Origin: an uncultured Burkholderiales bacterium
Lineage (GTDB): Bacteria > Pseudomonadota > Gammaproteobacteria > Burkholderiales > Usitatibacteraceae
Reading direction: 5' to 3'
Length of the DNA stretch: 64,000 bases
NCBI GenBank assembly: GCA_964417885.1
Contig: CAYQKN010000001.1
Location: 19,905 to 83,904 of the forward strand
Shown: positions 21,336-32,203 of the stretch, piece after piece
How positions within the stretch are numbered: position 1 is the stretch's first letter
Layout: each line of letters starts with the position of its first letter
The notes under the pieces: generated by a model
Seen by the model: the letters and a program-made list of their open reading frames with translations, nothing else
Databases searched by the model: none
Told to the model about the DNA's origin: nothing
Position numbers and translations under genes: made by a program

Positions 21336-21772
21336 GCGGCCGCAACCGCATCGCCATCCAGCGTGTGAGCCGCATCCGCGGCATCCCGTCCGACCGCCTG
21401 TTCCGCAAATGGCTGCTCGCTGCGTTGCCGGCGCCGGCTGAACTTACGCTGCGCATCGTCAACGCCGCCGAAGCGCGCAATTTCAATTCCGCCTTTCGCG
21501 GCAAGGACTATCCCACCAATGTGCTGACCTTTGTCTATCACGAGCCGGCGGCAAAGCGGCTTGAGGGAGACATCGTACTGTGCGCGCAGGTGGTGGCGCG
21601 CGAGGCGCGCGAGCAGGGCAAGCCGCTGGAAGCGCATTACGCGCACCTTGCGGTACACGGCGTGCTGCATCTGGCCGGTATGGATCATGAAAAACCGCGC
21701 GAAGCGCAGGCCATGGAATCGCGCGAAACGGCAATTCTCGCCCGGCTGGGCTACGCCGACCCCTACTGCTGA
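21332..21772 (+). CDS. ybeY: rRNA maturation endoribonuclease YbeY
   Basis: 146 aa with the zinc motif HGVLHLAGMDHE. Confidence 0.92.
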   Translation: MSGRNRIAIQRVSRIRGIPSDRLFRKWLLAALPAPAELTLRIVNAAEARNFNSAFRGKDYPTNVLTFVYHEPAAKRLEGDIVLCAQVVAREAREQGKPLEAHYAHLAVHGVLHLAGMDHEKPREAQAMESRETAILARLGYADPYC

Positions 21773-21837
21773 GCTGCGTCGCGAACCGTCTGCGCGGTTG
21801 TGATACATTGATTTCCCCGTAACAACCTTCACTCTCC

Positions 21838-22710
21838 ATGGACGATTCACCCAAACGCTCGCTGCTGGAGCGCCTTTCTTCCATGCTGCTGCGCGAGCCG
21901 GAAGACCGCGGACAACTGGTGGAATTGCTGCACGGTGCGTTTGAGAAGAACCTGCTGGACGCCGAAGCCCTGGCGATGATCGAGGGCGTGATGCAGGTTT
22001 CGGAAATGCAGGCCCGCGATGTGATGATTCCGCGCTCGCAGATGGACATGATCGATGTCGAGGAACAGCCCGCCGCCTTCATCCCGTTCGTGATCGAGAC
22101 CGCGCACTCGCGCTTTCCGGTCTACGAGAACGGCAAGGACAACGTGATCGGCATCCTGCTGGCCAAGGATCTGCTGCGCTACTACGCCAATGCCGAGGAG
22201 TTCGATGTCCGCGACATGCTGCGACCGGCCGTGTTTGTGCCGGAAGCGAAGCGGCTCAACGTGCTGCTGCGCGATTTCAAGGCCAACCGCAATCACATCG
22301 CCATCGTGGTGGACGAATACGGCGGCGTCAGCGGCCTCATCACCATCGAAGATGTGCTGGAGCAGATCGTCGGCGATATCGAGGACGAATTCGATTTCGA
22401 CGAAACCGAGGACAACATCCTGCCGGACAAATCCGGCCGGTTTCGCGTCAAGGCCGTCACCGAGATCGGCGATTTCAATGATGCGTTCGAGACCCATTTC
22501 TCCGACGACGATTTCGACACGGTCGGCGGGCTGGTGATCAACCAGTTCGGACGCGTACCCAAGCGCGGCGAGTCGGTGACCTTCAACGGCTTCAAATTCC
22601 TGGTGCTGCGTGCCGACAGCCGCATGGTGCATTCGCTGCTGGTCGAACGTATCGTTGCCGCCGAGCCGGATTCGAAAGACCCGTCGTCGTCGAATCAACA
22701 GCCGGCATGA
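21838..22710 (+). CDS. corC: CBS-pair / CorC_HlyC domain magnesium-cobalt efflux-associated protein
   Basis: 290 aa. ARDVMIPRSQM and HIAIVVDEYGGVSGLITIEDVLEQIVGDIEDE are typical of CorC/YbeX. Confidence 0.9.
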   Translation: MDDSPKRSLLERLSSMLLREPEDRGQLVELLHGAFEKNLLDAEALAMIEGVMQVSEMQARDVMIPRSQMDMIDVEEQPAAFIPFVIETAHSRFPVYENGKDNVIGILLAKDLLRYYANAEEFDVRDMLRPAVFVPEAKRLNVLLRDFKANRNHIAIVVDEYGGVSGLITIEDVLEQIVGDIEDEFDFDETEDNILPDKSGRFRVKAVTEIGDFNDAFETHFSDDDFDTVGGLVINQFGRVPKRGESVTFNGFKFLVLRADSRMVHSLLVERIVAAEPDSKDPSSSNQQPA

Positions 22711-24278
22711 TGTCTGGCAACAGGCTGGCGCCGCGCCAGCCTGCCCAACTGCTGCTGGCCGCCGTGGCCGGTGCCGCCGCGGTGCCGGCATTTGCCCCGT
22801 ACTACCTGTGGCCGCTGGCGCTGCTGTCGCTATCCGTGCTGTTCACGCTGTGGCACCGCAGCCCGACTGCGGGGCGCGCGTTCGCGCTTGGTTTTGCCTG
22901 GGGCCTCGGGCTGTTCGTCGCCGGTGTGACGTGGATCTACGTCAGCCTGCATGTTTACGGCAACATGCCGGCGCCGCTGGCGGCGCTGGCGACCTTCCTG
23001 TTCTGCTGCTACCTCAGCCTCTACCCTGCGGTGGCCGGCGTCCTGTTTCGAAGGCTGTCCGCCATGCGGCCCCTGTCGGGCTCGATCGGGCTGCTGCTGG
23101 TGATGCCGGCCAGCTTCATCGCGCTGGAGTACCTGCGCGGCTGGCTGCTGAGCGGATTTCCCTGGCTAACGTTCGGCTACAGCCAGACACCGGGGGGCAC
23201 GCTCGCGGCGCCGCTGGCCGGGTTTGCCCCGCTGCTGGGCGTGCACGGCATCTCGTGGCTGCTGGCGCTGACGGCGGCGGTCGGCGTGCTGCTGGTGCGG
23301 CCGCTTTCGGCGGTGGCAATTTCGCGCCGCGGCCGGTCGGTGGCCATGGCGGCGCTGGCGCTGACCTGGACCGCCGGACACTTCCTCCACCATGCACCCT
23401 GGAGCGAGCCGGTCGGCAGCCAGCTGCCGGTGGCGTTGCTGCAGGGAAATATCGAGCAGAGCCTGAAATGGCGCGAGGACCAGCGCGACGCCACGCTGGC
23501 CAATTATCGCGAGCTGCTGGGCCGCACCCAGGCAAAGCTGGTGGTGATGCCGGAGACCGCCCTGCCGAATTTTCTCGATGCGATACCGGCCGGCTATGTC
23601 GATGGCATCGGCCAGCGCGCGGCCGCTCGCGGCGCCGACGTGCTGGTCGGCGTGCCGATCGCGGAGCGCGGCAGTTCCTCGGTCAATCCGTACCGTTATG
23701 CCAACAGCGCCATTTCGGTCGGCGCGTCGGCCTCGCAGCGCTACGACAAGCAACACCTGGTGGCGTTCGGCGAATTCATTCCGCCGCTGTTTTCGTGGGT
23801 CTACAACTGGCTGCAGATTCCGCTGGCCGGATTCACGCCCGGCAATGACCAGCAGAAGCCGATGTCGATCGCCGGGCAGCGGGTCGCCATCAATATCTGC
23901 TACGAAGACGCGTTCGGCAGCGAAATCGCCCGCCAGCTGCCGGAGGCCAACCTGCTGGTCAATATGTCCAACATGGCCTGGTACGGGCGCTCGCTGGCAG
24001 CAGACCAGCACGGCCAGTTTTCGCGCATGCGGGCGATGGAGACCTCACGCTGGATGCTTCGCGCCACCAATACCGGTGTCACGGCGGCGATCGACCAGCG
24101 CGGCGAGATGGTCGCGTCGCTGGCGCAGTTTGAACGCGGGGTGCTGGAGGTCAATGCGCAGCCGCGAGCCGGTATTACGCCCTACGTGCGCTGGCGCGAT
24201 TGGCCGGTTTTGACGTTGCTGGCAGTCTGCCTGCTGACACCCTTGCTGTTGCGCGGACGGCAGACGCCGCGGTCTTAG
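22707..24278 (+). CDS. lnt: apolipoprotein N-acyltransferase
   Basis: 523 aa with a polytopic N-terminus followed by a nitrilase-fold domain containing VAINICYEDAFGSE (catalytic Cys). Completes the ybeZ-ybeY-corC-lnt order. Confidence 0.92.
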   Translation: MMSGNRLAPRQPAQLLLAAVAGAAAVPAFAPYYLWPLALLSLSVLFTLWHRSPTAGRAFALGFAWGLGLFVAGVTWIYVSLHVYGNMPAPLAALATFLFCCYLSLYPAVAGVLFRRLSAMRPLSGSIGLLLVMPASFIALEYLRGWLLSGFPWLTFGYSQTPGGTLAAPLAGFAPLLGVHGISWLLALTAAVGVLLVRPLSAVAISRRGRSVAMAALALTWTAGHFLHHAPWSEPVGSQLPVALLQGNIEQSLKWREDQRDATLANYRELLGRTQAKLVVMPETALPNFLDAIPAGYVDGIGQRAAARGADVLVGVPIAERGSSSVNPYRYANSAISVGASASQRYDKQHLVAFGEFIPPLFSWVYNWLQIPLAGFTPGNDQQKPMSIAGQRVAINICYEDAFGSEIARQLPEANLLVNMSNMAWYGRSLAADQHGQFSRMRAMETSRWMLRATNTGVTAAIDQRGEMVASLAQFERGVLEVNAQPRAGITPYVRWRDWPVLTLLAVCLLTPLLLRGRQTPRS

Positions 24279-25060
24279 GCCGGGCGCGCGCGGACGAAAA
24301 ACTGCCAGGTGCACAACTCGGCCAGTTCCTTCTGGCTAAGCTTTTCCATCGTGATGCGGCCCAGGCGCAAGGCAATGTCCGGCTTGTCCTTGTTCTGGTG
24401 GTAAAACGGCTCGAAGTTGGGATCGATGAAGAAATTGACGAATTCCATCCGGTAGCCGGTCTGCTGCAGGAAAGCGGCAATTTCGCGCAGGGTAAAAAAG
24501 CGAATATGGGTGATGTCGAGCAGGCCGCGCTCGGCGTAAGGCCACAAGCCGTCGTCCATCAGGCCCTTGATCAGCCCGAGGTGGCGGGTATTGGGGATGC
24601 TCAGGATCAGCTGCGCATCCGCCGTCAGGTACGGCTTCAGCCCGGTCATCACCCTCCACGGGTCATACATGTGTTCGAGTACATCGGCTGCGACCACGGT
24701 ATCGACGCTGCCGGGCGCGATGCCTTCGGCTTGCAGATTGAAGTCCTCGAATTTTCCGCACAGCACCCGGTCGAGTTTCTGTGCCGCCAGTGCGGCGGTG
24801 GCGTGGTTGGGCTCAATGCCGATGGTGTGGCAGCCGGGATTGCGCGACTTGACCGCTTCGCCCAGCAGGCCGGCGGCGCAGCCGATATCGAGCAGGGTTC
24901 GGGGCGGATGGGCCAGTACGTCCAGCAGCGCCGGGTTGAAGTGATTCTGGTAGATATGGCCGTCGGTATTCTGCACGTCGAGGCACGTCTGCCAGGCGAA
25001 TTTGGCCTCCGCGGCGGGATTTGCCGCGGGCGCGGTGGGGGAAGCGGGGTTGGCGGACAT
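24275..25060 (-). CDS. class I SAM-dependent methyltransferase
   Basis: 261 aa with motif I LLDIGCAAGLLGE and post-I/II VVAADVLEHMYDP. The substrate is not deducible. Confidence 0.75.
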   Translation of the reverse strand: MSANPASPTAPAANPAAEAKFAWQTCLDVQNTDGHIYQNHFNPALLDVLAHPPRTLLDIGCAAGLLGEAVKSRNPGCHTIGIEPNHATAALAAQKLDRVLCGKFEDFNLQAEGIAPGSVDTVVAADVLEHMYDPWRVMTGLKPYLTADAQLILSIPNTRHLGLIKGLMDDGLWPYAERGLLDITHIRFFTLREIAAFLQQTGYRMEFVNFFIDPNFEPFYHQNKDKPDIALRLGRITMEKLSQKELAELCTWQFFVRARPA

Positions 25061-25152
25061 GAATTTGCTCGGCGAAAACGTTGCGGCGCTGTGCTGGGGA
25101 CGCGGTGAACCGCGTAAAATTGGCGGCTTAGCTTAACACTGCGGCGCGGTTC

Positions 25153-26067
25153 ATGATCACCTTCCAGGAAGTCATCCTTACCCTCCAGAAATACTGGGAT
25201 CAGCAGGGTTGCGCCTTGCTGCAACCCTACGACATGGAGGTCGGCGCCGGTACCTCGCATACTGCTACCTTCCTGCGATCGCTTGGCCCCGAGCCATGGC
25301 GCGCCGCCTATGTGCAGCCGTCGCGCCGCCCCAAGGACGGCCGCTATGGCGAAAACCCGAACCGCCTGCAGCACTATTACCAGTACCAGGTGGTGCTGAA
25401 ACCTTCGCCGCCGAATATTCTTGACCTCTACCTGGGCTCGCTGGCGGCACTCGGGCTGGACCTGTCCAGCAACGATGTGCGTTTCGTCGAAGACGACTGG
25501 GAAAACCCGACGCTGGGTGCCTGGGGGCTCGGCTGGGAGGTATGGCTGAACGGCATGGAGGTCACCCAGTTCACCTATTTTCAGCAGGTCGGCGGACTGG
25601 AGTGCAAGCCCATCACCGGCGAAATCACCTACGGCCTGGAGCGCCTGGCCATGTACCTGCAGAACAAGGAGAACGTCTACGACCTGGTGTGGACGACGTG
25701 GAAAGAAAACGGCGTCGATCGGGTACTGACCTACGGCGATGTGTACCACCAGAATGAAGTCGAACAATCGACCGCCAATTTCGAGCACGCCAACGTCGAG
25801 GCGCTGCTGCGGCATTTCGCTGATCACGAAGGCAATGCCAGGAATCTGATGGAACAGCAACTGGCGCTGCCCGCCTATGAACAGGTGCTGAAAGCCGCGC
25901 ACACGTTCAACCTGCTCGATGCGGCGGGCGCGATCTCGGTGACCGAGCGCGCCGCGTACATCGGCCGCATCCGCAACCTCGCGCGCAGCGTGGCACAGAG
26001 CTATTTCGAGTCGCGCGAGCGGCTGGGATTTCCCATGCTGCACACATCGAAGCAGGTGGCAGCATGA
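25153..26067 (+). CDS. glyQ: glycine--tRNA ligase alpha subunit
   Basis: [27 protein letters not shown]... matches GlyQ over the full length of 304 aa. Confidence 0.97.
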   Translation: MITFQEVILTLQKYWDQQGCALLQPYDMEVGAGTSHTATFLRSLGPEPWRAAYVQPSRRPKDGRYGENPNRLQHYYQYQVVLKPSPPNILDLYLGSLAALGLDLSSNDVRFVEDDWENPTLGAWGLGWEVWLNGMEVTQFTYFQQVGGLECKPITGEITYGLERLAMYLQNKENVYDLVWTTWKENGVDRVLTYGDVYHQNEVEQSTANFEHANVEALLRHFADHEGNARNLMEQQLALPAYEQVLKAAHTFNLLDAAGAISVTERAAYIGRIRNLARSVAQSYFESRERLGFPMLHTSKQVAA

Positions 26068-28160
26068 GTAGCGCGACCCTGTTGGTGGAGTTGTTCACCG
26101 AGGAACTGCCGCCCAAGGCACTCAAGAAGCTGGGCGACGCGTTCGCCAGCGGCATCCACGCCGGGCTGAAAAAGCGTGGCCTGGTCGACGACAGCGCGGC
26201 CGCGACCATGTTCGCGACCCCGCGCCGGCTGGCGGTGCAGATTTCGGCCGTGCGTTCAGTCGCGCCAGACGAGAGCTTTGCCGAAAAACTGATGCCGGTC
26301 GCGGTCGGACTCGACGCCGACGGCAACGCCACCGCGGCACTGCTGAAAAAGCTGGCGGCGAAGTCGCTTTCGCACCTGACGCCGGCCGACCTGTTGCGCG
26401 AAGGCGACGGCAAGGCGGCGCAACTGGTCTACCACGGCGTGTCGGCGGGGCAATCGTTGCAGGTCGGCTTGCAGTCCGCGCTCGAAGAGGCGATCGCCGG
26501 GCTGCCGGTACCCAAGGTGATGAGCTACCAGCTGGCCGACGGCCAGACTACGGTGCAGTTCGTCCGGCCGGCGCACGGCCTGGTCGCGCTCCACGGCAGC
26601 GATGTCGTTGCGCTGCATGCGCTGGGGCTGGATGCCGGCCGGGCGACTCACGGTCATCGCTTCCAGGGTGCAGCCGACATTGCATTGAATGATGCCGGTG
26701 AATACGAAGCCAGACTGGAAAAGGAAGGCGGCGTGATTGCCGGCTTCGAGCGGCGCAAGCGCGAAATCCACCGCATGCTGCGCGAGCGTGCCGACGAACA
26801 GACCACCACGCTGGGCGAGCCGGACGACTATGAAGCGCTGCTGGATGAAGTGACGGCGCTGGTGGAGATGCCGACCGTTTATGTGGGCAGTTTCGACCGC
26901 GAATTTTTGGAGGTGCCGGCCGAGTGCCTGATCCTGACCATGAAGCTGAACCAGAAGTACTTTCCGCTGTTCCTGTCCGAGGGCGGCCTGTCGAGCCGTT
27001 TCCTGATTGTCAGCAACATGCGGCTGGATGATCCGCGCAATGTGATCGAGGGTAACCAGCGGGTGGTGCGGCCGCGACTGTCGGACGCACGGTTCTTTTT
27101 CGACACCGACCGGAAGACACGCCTGGCAGACCGGATCCCCAGGCTGGCCGCGGTGGTGTATCACAACAAGCTCGGCTCGCAGGGCGAGCGGGTGCAGCGT
27201 GTGCGCAGGCTGGCGATGAGCATTGCGGCGATGATCGGTGCCGATCCACAGCTGGCCGACCGTGCCGCGCTGCTGGCCAAGGCTGACCTGGTCACCGACA
27301 TGGTCGGCGAGTTCCCGGAGTTGCAGGGGACCATGGGCCGCTACTATGCCTTGCACGATGGCGAATCGCCGGTGGTCGCCGATGCCATTGCGCAGCATTA
27401 CCAGCCACGATTTGCCGGTGATGCCTTGCCGGGCTCGGAGGTCGCGCTGGCGGTGGCGCTGGCGGACAAGCTCGAGACCCTGGCGGGACTGTTTTCGATC
27501 GACCAGATTCCGACCGGCGACAAGGATCCGTTTGCGTTGCGGCGCCACGCGCTGGGCGTGCTGCGGATGCTGATCGAGCGCGATCTGCCGCTGACGATCG
27601 GCGTGCTGTTCGGCCAGTCACTGGCGCCGTTCACCACCGCCAAGCCGGAATCGGCGGGCAAGTTGGCCGAGTACGTTTTTGATCGCCTGAACGGCTACCT
27701 GCGCGATCTGGGCTACTCGGCGCTGGAAGTTGATGCGGCGGTGTCGGTGCGGCCGCGCTGGGGCGAACTGCCGGTACGGCTGGCGGCGGTGCGCGCGTTC
27801 CAGAAGCTGCCGGAAGCGGCGAGTCTTGCCGCAGCCAACAAGCGAATCGGCAATATCCTGAAGAAGTCGGATGGCTCGGCAGGCGCAATCGACCCCACCC
27901 TGCTGGTGGAGCCGGCCGAGCGCGCGCTGCATGCCGCGGTTGCCGGCGCGCGGCCGGTGTTTGAACGCCATGCGGCGGCAGCCGATTACGCGGCGGCACT
28001 CGCCTCGCTGGCTCCGCTCAAGGCGCCGGTTGACGCTTTCTTCGACAGCGTGATGGTCAATGCGGAGGATGCGAAATTGCGCGCCAACCGGCTGGCGTTG
28101 CTGGCCGATTTGCATGCGCTGATGAACAAAGTCGCCGACCTCTCCAAACTGGCAACGTGA
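26064..28160 (+). CDS. glyS: glycine--tRNA ligase beta subunit
   Basis: 698 aa. [16 protein letters not shown]-terminus; overlaps the glyQ stop by 4 nt. Confidence 0.95.
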   Translation: MSSATLLVELFTEELPPKALKKLGDAFASGIHAGLKKRGLVDDSAAATMFATPRRLAVQISAVRSVAPDESFAEKLMPVAVGLDADGNATAALLKKLAAKSLSHLTPADLLREGDGKAAQLVYHGVSAGQSLQVGLQSALEEAIAGLPVPKVMSYQLADGQTTVQFVRPAHGLVALHGSDVVALHALGLDAGRATHGHRFQGAADIALNDAGEYEARLEKEGGVIAGFERRKREIHRMLRERADEQTTTLGEPDDYEALLDEVTALVEMPTVYVGSFDREFLEVPAECLILTMKLNQKYFPLFLSEGGLSSRFLIVSNMRLDDPRNVIEGNQRVVRPRLSDARFFFDTDRKTRLADRIPRLAAVVYHNKLGSQGERVQRVRRLAMSIAAMIGADPQLADRAALLAKADLVTDMVGEFPELQGTMGRYYALHDGESPVVADAIAQHYQPRFAGDALPGSEVALAVALADKLETLAGLFSIDQIPTGDKDPFALRRHALGVLRMLIERDLPLTIGVLFGQSLAPFTTAKPESAGKLAEYVFDRLNGYLRDLGYSALEVDAAVSVRPRWGELPVRLAAVRAFQKLPEAASLAAANKRIGNILKKSDGSAGAIDPTLLVEPAERALHAAVAGARPVFERHAAAADYAAALASLAPLKAPVDAFFDSVMVNAEDAKLRANRLALLADLHALMNKVADLSKLAT

Positions 28161-28750
28161 ATCCGGCCATCAAACCGCTGTTGCTGGATTTGCCGGCCGA
28201 GATTTCCGGCGAGCGGGTGCGGTTGCGGCAGCTGTGTGACGCCGCTGCGCCGGCGCTGTGGGAGGCGGTCGACGGTTCCCGTCAGCACCTGAAGCGCTGG
28301 ATGCCATGGGTAGACGATCACAACAGCCTCGATTTTTCCCGCGAGTACGTGCGGCGGATGCAGGCGCGCTGGGCGTTGCGCGAGGACTTGCCGATGGCAA
28401 TCTGGCACATCGCGGACGATCGCCTGCTGGGCGCGACCGGGCTGCACCGCATCGACTGGAGCGTGCCGTCGATGGAAATCGGCTATTGGCTGCGCCAGGA
28501 TGCGCAGGGCAGCGGTTATGCCACCGACGCCGCGCGGCTGATGACGGCATTTGCATTCCGGCATGCCGCCGCGGAACGGGTCGAAATCCGCTGCGATGCG
28601 GCCAACCAGCGCAGTGCCGCGGTGCCGCGCCGGCTGGGCTACGTCCACGAGGCGACGATGCGCGCCGCGCGCCGCGGCGTTGATGGCACGCTGGGCGATA
28701 CCCTGCTGTTTGCCATGACGCGGACCGACTTTGACCGGCTGAAACCCTGA
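28157..28750 (+). CDS. GNAT family N-acetyltransferase (RimJ/RimL-like)
   Basis: 197 aa. The RLRQL...W..V..S...L..WMPW opening and the later IGYWLRQDAQGSGYATDAARL core are typical of the Acetyltransf_3 type. GTG start overlaps the glyS stop (GTGA). Confidence 0.72.
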   Translation: MNPAIKPLLLDLPAEISGERVRLRQLCDAAAPALWEAVDGSRQHLKRWMPWVDDHNSLDFSREYVRRMQARWALREDLPMAIWHIADDRLLGATGLHRIDWSVPSMEIGYWLRQDAQGSGYATDAARLMTAFAFRHAAAERVEIRCDAANQRSAAVPRRLGYVHEATMRAARRGVDGTLGDTLLFAMTRTDFDRLKP

Positions 28751-28770
28751 ACCGCATCACGTAGAATGCC

Positions 28771-29340
28771 TTGATGAACACTCCACCCAAACTGGTGATC
28801 CTGGATCGAGACGGCGTGATCAACGTCGACAGCGCCCATTTCATCAAGTCGCCAGCCGAATGGAAACCGATCCCTGGATCGATCGAGGCCATCGCGCGCC
28901 TGAACCAGAACGGCTACCGGGTGGTGGTCGCCACCAACCAGTCGGGCATCGGCCGCGGGCTGTTCGACATGGCCACGCTCAATTCGATCAACGACAAGAT
29001 GATGGAACTGGTATTTCGGCAGGGCGGACGCATTGACGCCATCTTTTTCTGCCCCTGCACCGCCGAGCAGCAATGCCACTGCCGCAAGCCCGATACCGGC
29101 ATGTTCGAAGACATTGCCGCGCGCTACCAGGTGGGTCTTGCCGGGGTGCCTTGCGTGGGAGACTCGCTGCGCGATCTGGAGGCGGGCGCCAAGGTCGGCT
29201 GCGCGCCGATCCTGGTGATGACCGGCAAGGGCAAAAAAACCCGTGAGCAGGGCAGCCTGCCGAAAGGCACCAGGGTGTTTGCCGACTTGGCGAGCGCGGT
29301 CGATGCCCTGGTCAGCGACGTCCAGCGGCCCGGCGCCTAG
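28771..29340 (+). CDS. gmhB: D-glycero-beta-D-manno-heptose-1,7-bisphosphate 7-phosphatase
   Basis: 189 aa with HAD motif I VILDRDGVIN and the GmhB zinc-binding CPCTAEQQCHCRKP. Confidence 0.9.
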   Translation: MMNTPPKLVILDRDGVINVDSAHFIKSPAEWKPIPGSIEAIARLNQNGYRVVVATNQSGIGRGLFDMATLNSINDKMMELVFRQGGRIDAIFFCPCTAEQQCHCRKPDTGMFEDIAARYQVGLAGVPCVGDSLRDLEAGAKVGCAPILVMTGKGKKTREQGSLPKGTRVFADLASAVDALVSDVQRPGA

Positions 29341-29372
29341 CCCATGTACCGCCATTTCCCGGGGCGCCACGC

Positions 29373-30104
29373 ATGATCTACATCCGCTCGGTGCTGTTTT
29401 TCGTGCTGGCGATCCTCAACACGATTTTTTTCGGCCTGTTTGTGTTGCCGCTGAGCTTCATCTACTTCAAGGCGGGCTATGACACCGCGCGCGGCTGGGG
29501 CGTGGTGACATTGTGGCTGGCCAAAGCGGTCTGCGGCATCCAATACAACGTGCTCGGCCGCGAGAACATTCCCGACTTCCCCTGCGTGTCGATGGCCAAG
29601 CACCAGTCGGCATGGGAAACGGTTTTTATCCTCACCATGCTGCCGCGGGCGGTGTGGATCATCAAGAAGGAACTGGTGTGGCTGCCGATCATCGGCTGGG
29701 TGCTGTTCGCCCTGAAATCGATCGCCATCGACCGCAAGAGCGGCAAGCGGGCGGTGGACCAGATCGAGGAGCAGGGCCGCAACCGCATTGCGCAGGGCTT
29801 GTGGGTGTCGATTTTTCCGGAAGGCACGCGCATCGCCCCCGGCAAGCGCGGCCGCTATGGCATTGGCGGCGCCTGGCTGGCGGCAAAAACCGGCACGCCG
29901 ATCCTGCCGATCGCCCACAACGCCGGCGAATGCTGGCGGCGCAATGCCTTTCTCAAGTATCCCGGCATGGTGACGGTCAGCATCGGTCCGCTGATCCATA
30001 CCAAGGACCGGGAACCGAGCGCTGTCATCGCCGACGTCGAGAACTGGATCGAGAGCGAAATGCTCAAGCTGCCGCCGGCCAATGCCTGGCGCAAGCCGGC
30101 CTGA
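29373..30104 (+). CDS. plsC: 1-acyl-sn-glycerol-3-phosphate acyltransferase
   Basis: 243 aa with an N-terminal TM helix, acyltransferase block I KHQSAWET and block III FPEGTR. Confidence 0.85.
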   Translation: MIYIRSVLFFVLAILNTIFFGLFVLPLSFIYFKAGYDTARGWGVVTLWLAKAVCGIQYNVLGRENIPDFPCVSMAKHQSAWETVFILTMLPRAVWIIKKELVWLPIIGWVLFALKSIAIDRKSGKRAVDQIEEQGRNRIAQGLWVSIFPEGTRIAPGKRGRYGIGGAWLAAKTGTPILPIAHNAGECWRRNAFLKYPGMVTVSIGPLIHTKDREPSAVIADVENWIESEMLKLPPANAWRKPA

Positions 30105-30120
30105 TCCGCTCGGCGCCGCC

Positions 30121-30870
30121 ATGTTTTTCAAGCTGAAGCGCACCCCGGTCAACGAGCCTGAAGAAACCGAGCGCAGCATCGCGCTCGATGGGCGCCGGGT
30201 CGATTACAAGCTGGTGCGGCGCCGCGGCCGGCGCGGGGTCGCGCTCAAGGTCGATGGCAGCGGCATGACGGTAGCCGCGTCGCTGACCACACCAATTGGC
30301 AATATCGAAGAGCTGATCGGCAAGAATGCCGGCTGGGTGCTGAAGAAACTGGGCGAGTGGTCGCATCGCCGCATCACGCCGCAGCAGTGGCAGACCGGCG
30401 CCACGGTGCACTTCATGGGAGAGGCGCTGACGCTGATGATCGACACCGGCGCCAGCCGGGCACATGTCGAGCAATCGCTGGGACACCTGTTTGTGCGGGT
30501 ACGCGAGGCGGACCCCGTGTTGATCGAGAAGACCGTGGTTGCCTGGTTCAAGCGCCAGGCGTTGCCGCATGTGGCGCAGCGCACTTTCTTTTTTGCCAGG
30601 CTGCATGGCCTGACCCCGCCGCGCGTCTATGTTTCCAGCGCCAACAGTCGCTGGGGCAGCTGCAACTCGCGCCGCGAGGTGCGCTTTTCGTGGCGTCTGC
30701 TCAAGGCGCGCCCGGCGCTGATCGATTACGTCGTCTGCCATGAACTGGCGCACCTCCGGCATATGGATCATTCGCCCGCCTTCTGGCAGGAGGTCGAACG
30801 GATGTGCCCGGATTTCCGCCTGCTGAAGGCGGAACTGGACGCGAACGACCATCGCTTTCGTGCTTTCTGA
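30121..30870 (+). CDS. YgjP-like (DUF45/M48-like) metal-dependent hydrolase
   Basis: HELAHLRHMDHSPAFW zincin-like motif near the C-terminus. Start taken at MFFKLKR. Confidence 0.8.
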   Translation: MFFKLKRTPVNEPEETERSIALDGRRVDYKLVRRRGRRGVALKVDGSGMTVAASLTTPIGNIEELIGKNAGWVLKKLGEWSHRRITPQQWQTGATVHFMGEALTLMIDTGASRAHVEQSLGHLFVRVREADPVLIEKTVVAWFKRQALPHVAQRTFFFARLHGLTPPRVYVSSANSRWGSCNSRREVRFSWRLLKARPALIDYVVCHELAHLRHMDHSPAFWQEVERMCPDFRLLKAELDANDHRFRAF

Positions 30871-30891
30871 CATCCAATCAGGGGAAACACC

Positions 30892-31278
30892 ATGCAACTG
30901 CTGCACACCATGATCCGCGTCGGCAACCTCGACAAATCGATCGATTTCTATACCAACGTGCTGGGCATGAAGCTGCTGCGTCGCAAGGACTATCCGGACG
31001 GCAAGTTCACACTGGCCTTTGTCGGCTATGGCGATGAATCCACCAGTTCGGTGATCGAGCTGACGCATAACTGGGAAACCGCGAGCTACGACCTGGGCAA
31101 CGGCTTTGGCCACCTCGCCATCGGCCTGCCGGATGTGTACCAGGCCTGCGCGGCAGTCAAGGCAAAGGGTGGCAAGGTGACGCGCGAGCCGGGACCGATG
31201 AAGTTCGGCGGCAGTGTGATCGCCTTTGTCGAGGATCCGGACGGCTACAAGATCGAGTTCATCCAGAAAGCGCTGTAA
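30892..31278 (+). CDS. gloA: lactoylglutathione lyase (glyoxalase I)
   Basis: 128 aa. MQLLHTMIRVGNLDKSIDFYTNVLGMKLLRR... and ...DPDGYKIEFIQ. Confidence 0.93.
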   Translation: MQLLHTMIRVGNLDKSIDFYTNVLGMKLLRRKDYPDGKFTLAFVGYGDESTSSVIELTHNWETASYDLGNGFGHLAIGLPDVYQACAAVKAKGGKVTREPGPMKFGGSVIAFVEDPDGYKIEFIQKAL

Positions 31279-31369
31279 GCCGGGTAGGCAGCCAAGGCTT
31301 TAACCCGGTGGCGCCTGCGCTGGCGTGATGTTGGTGGTTTGCGCGAGGCCGCAAGCATTTTCCCGAGTT

Positions 31370-31435
31370 AAACTCTAGCGCGGGCGCGGCTTCCAGACCG
31401 AAAATGGCCGGAAAGGCGCGCCAGTGCTAGAGTTT
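31370..31435 (+). repeat. palindromic extragenic repeat, copy C
   Basis: AAACTCTAGCGCGGGCGCG...CGCGCCAGTGCTAGAGTTT. The right arm contains the last two codons and the stop codon of rsmA on the opposite strand. Confidence 0.78.
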
Positions 31436-32203
31436 CATTTCCGCTTCGACGTCCGCCAGCCGAACGAATTCCGCCACCGACAGCGTCTCCCCGCGCCGTT
31501 TCGGATCGATGCCAAGTGCGTCGATCTGCGCCGCGGTCAGGAACGGCTTCAAGGTGTTGCCAAGAGTCTTGCGCCGCTGGCCGAAGCCGGCAGTGACCAT
31601 CGCGGCGAAACGTGCATCGTCCCGCGCGCGCAGCCGGTCGGCCGGCAGCGGCAGCATGCGCACAATGGCGGAATCGACCTTCGGCGGCGGGGTAAATGCA
31701 TCCGGCGGGACGTCGAACAGGTGTTCCATCGCGAAGCGGTATTGCAGCATCACCGACAGCCGGCCATAGGCATGGGTGTCCGGCGCGGCGACCATGCGGT
31801 CCACGACTTCCTTTTGCAGCATGAAAGTGCCGTCGATCAATTGTTCAGCGAAGCCGGCGAGGTGAAACAGGAACGGTGTCGAGATGTTGTAAGGCAGATT
31901 GCCGACTGCGCGGAAACGCCCGCCCAACTTGGCGAAATCAAACTCAAGGACATCTTCCTCATGCAGCGTGAATTGCTCCGGCGCAAACCGGTCACGCAAC
32001 GCCGCTGCCAGGTCACGATCGATCTCCACCGCGTGCAGATGGTTGAGCCTGCCCAGCAGTGGCGCGGTAATGGCGCCGGGGCCGGGTCCGATTTCGATCA
32101 TCGTGTCGTCTGGCCGGGGCGCAATGGCGGCGACGATGCGCTCGATGTAATGACGATCGGTCAGAAAGTGCTGGCCAAAACGGCGCTTCGGAATAATCTT
32201 CAT
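31427..32203 (-). CDS. rsmA: 16S rRNA (adenine1518/1519-N6)-dimethyltransferase
   Basis: 258 aa with RFGQHFLTD and SAM motif [15 protein letters not shown]. Confidence 0.95.
   Translation of the reverse strand: MKIIPKRRFGQHFLTDRHYIERIVAAIAPRPDDTMIEIGPGPGAITAPLLGRLNHLHAVEIDRDLAAALRDRFAPEQFTLHEEDVLEFDFAKLGGRFRAVGNLPYNISTPFLFHLAGFAEQLIDGTFMLQKEVVDRMVAAPDTHAYGRLSVMLQYRFAMEHLFDVPPDAFTPPPKVDSAIVRMLPLPADRLRARDDARFAAMVTAGFGQRRKTLGNTLKPFLTAAQIDALGIDPKRRGETLSVAEFVRLADVEAEMKL

Noticed and set aside
22610-23848. 412-aa ORF in an alternative + frame over corC and lnt.
   Set aside because: Its composition is Arg/Ala/Gly/Pro-rich. The lnt frame gives TM helices and the nitrilase-fold catalytic Cys motif.
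24649-26043. 464-aa ORF on the minus strand.
   Set aside because: It is antisense to glyQ and lies in an alternative frame of the methyltransferase gene. No motifs are present. glyQ is certain.
26256-27548. 430-aa ORF on the minus strand.
   Set aside because: It is antisense to glyS and is a shadow ORF with Arg/Gln/His/Leu bias.
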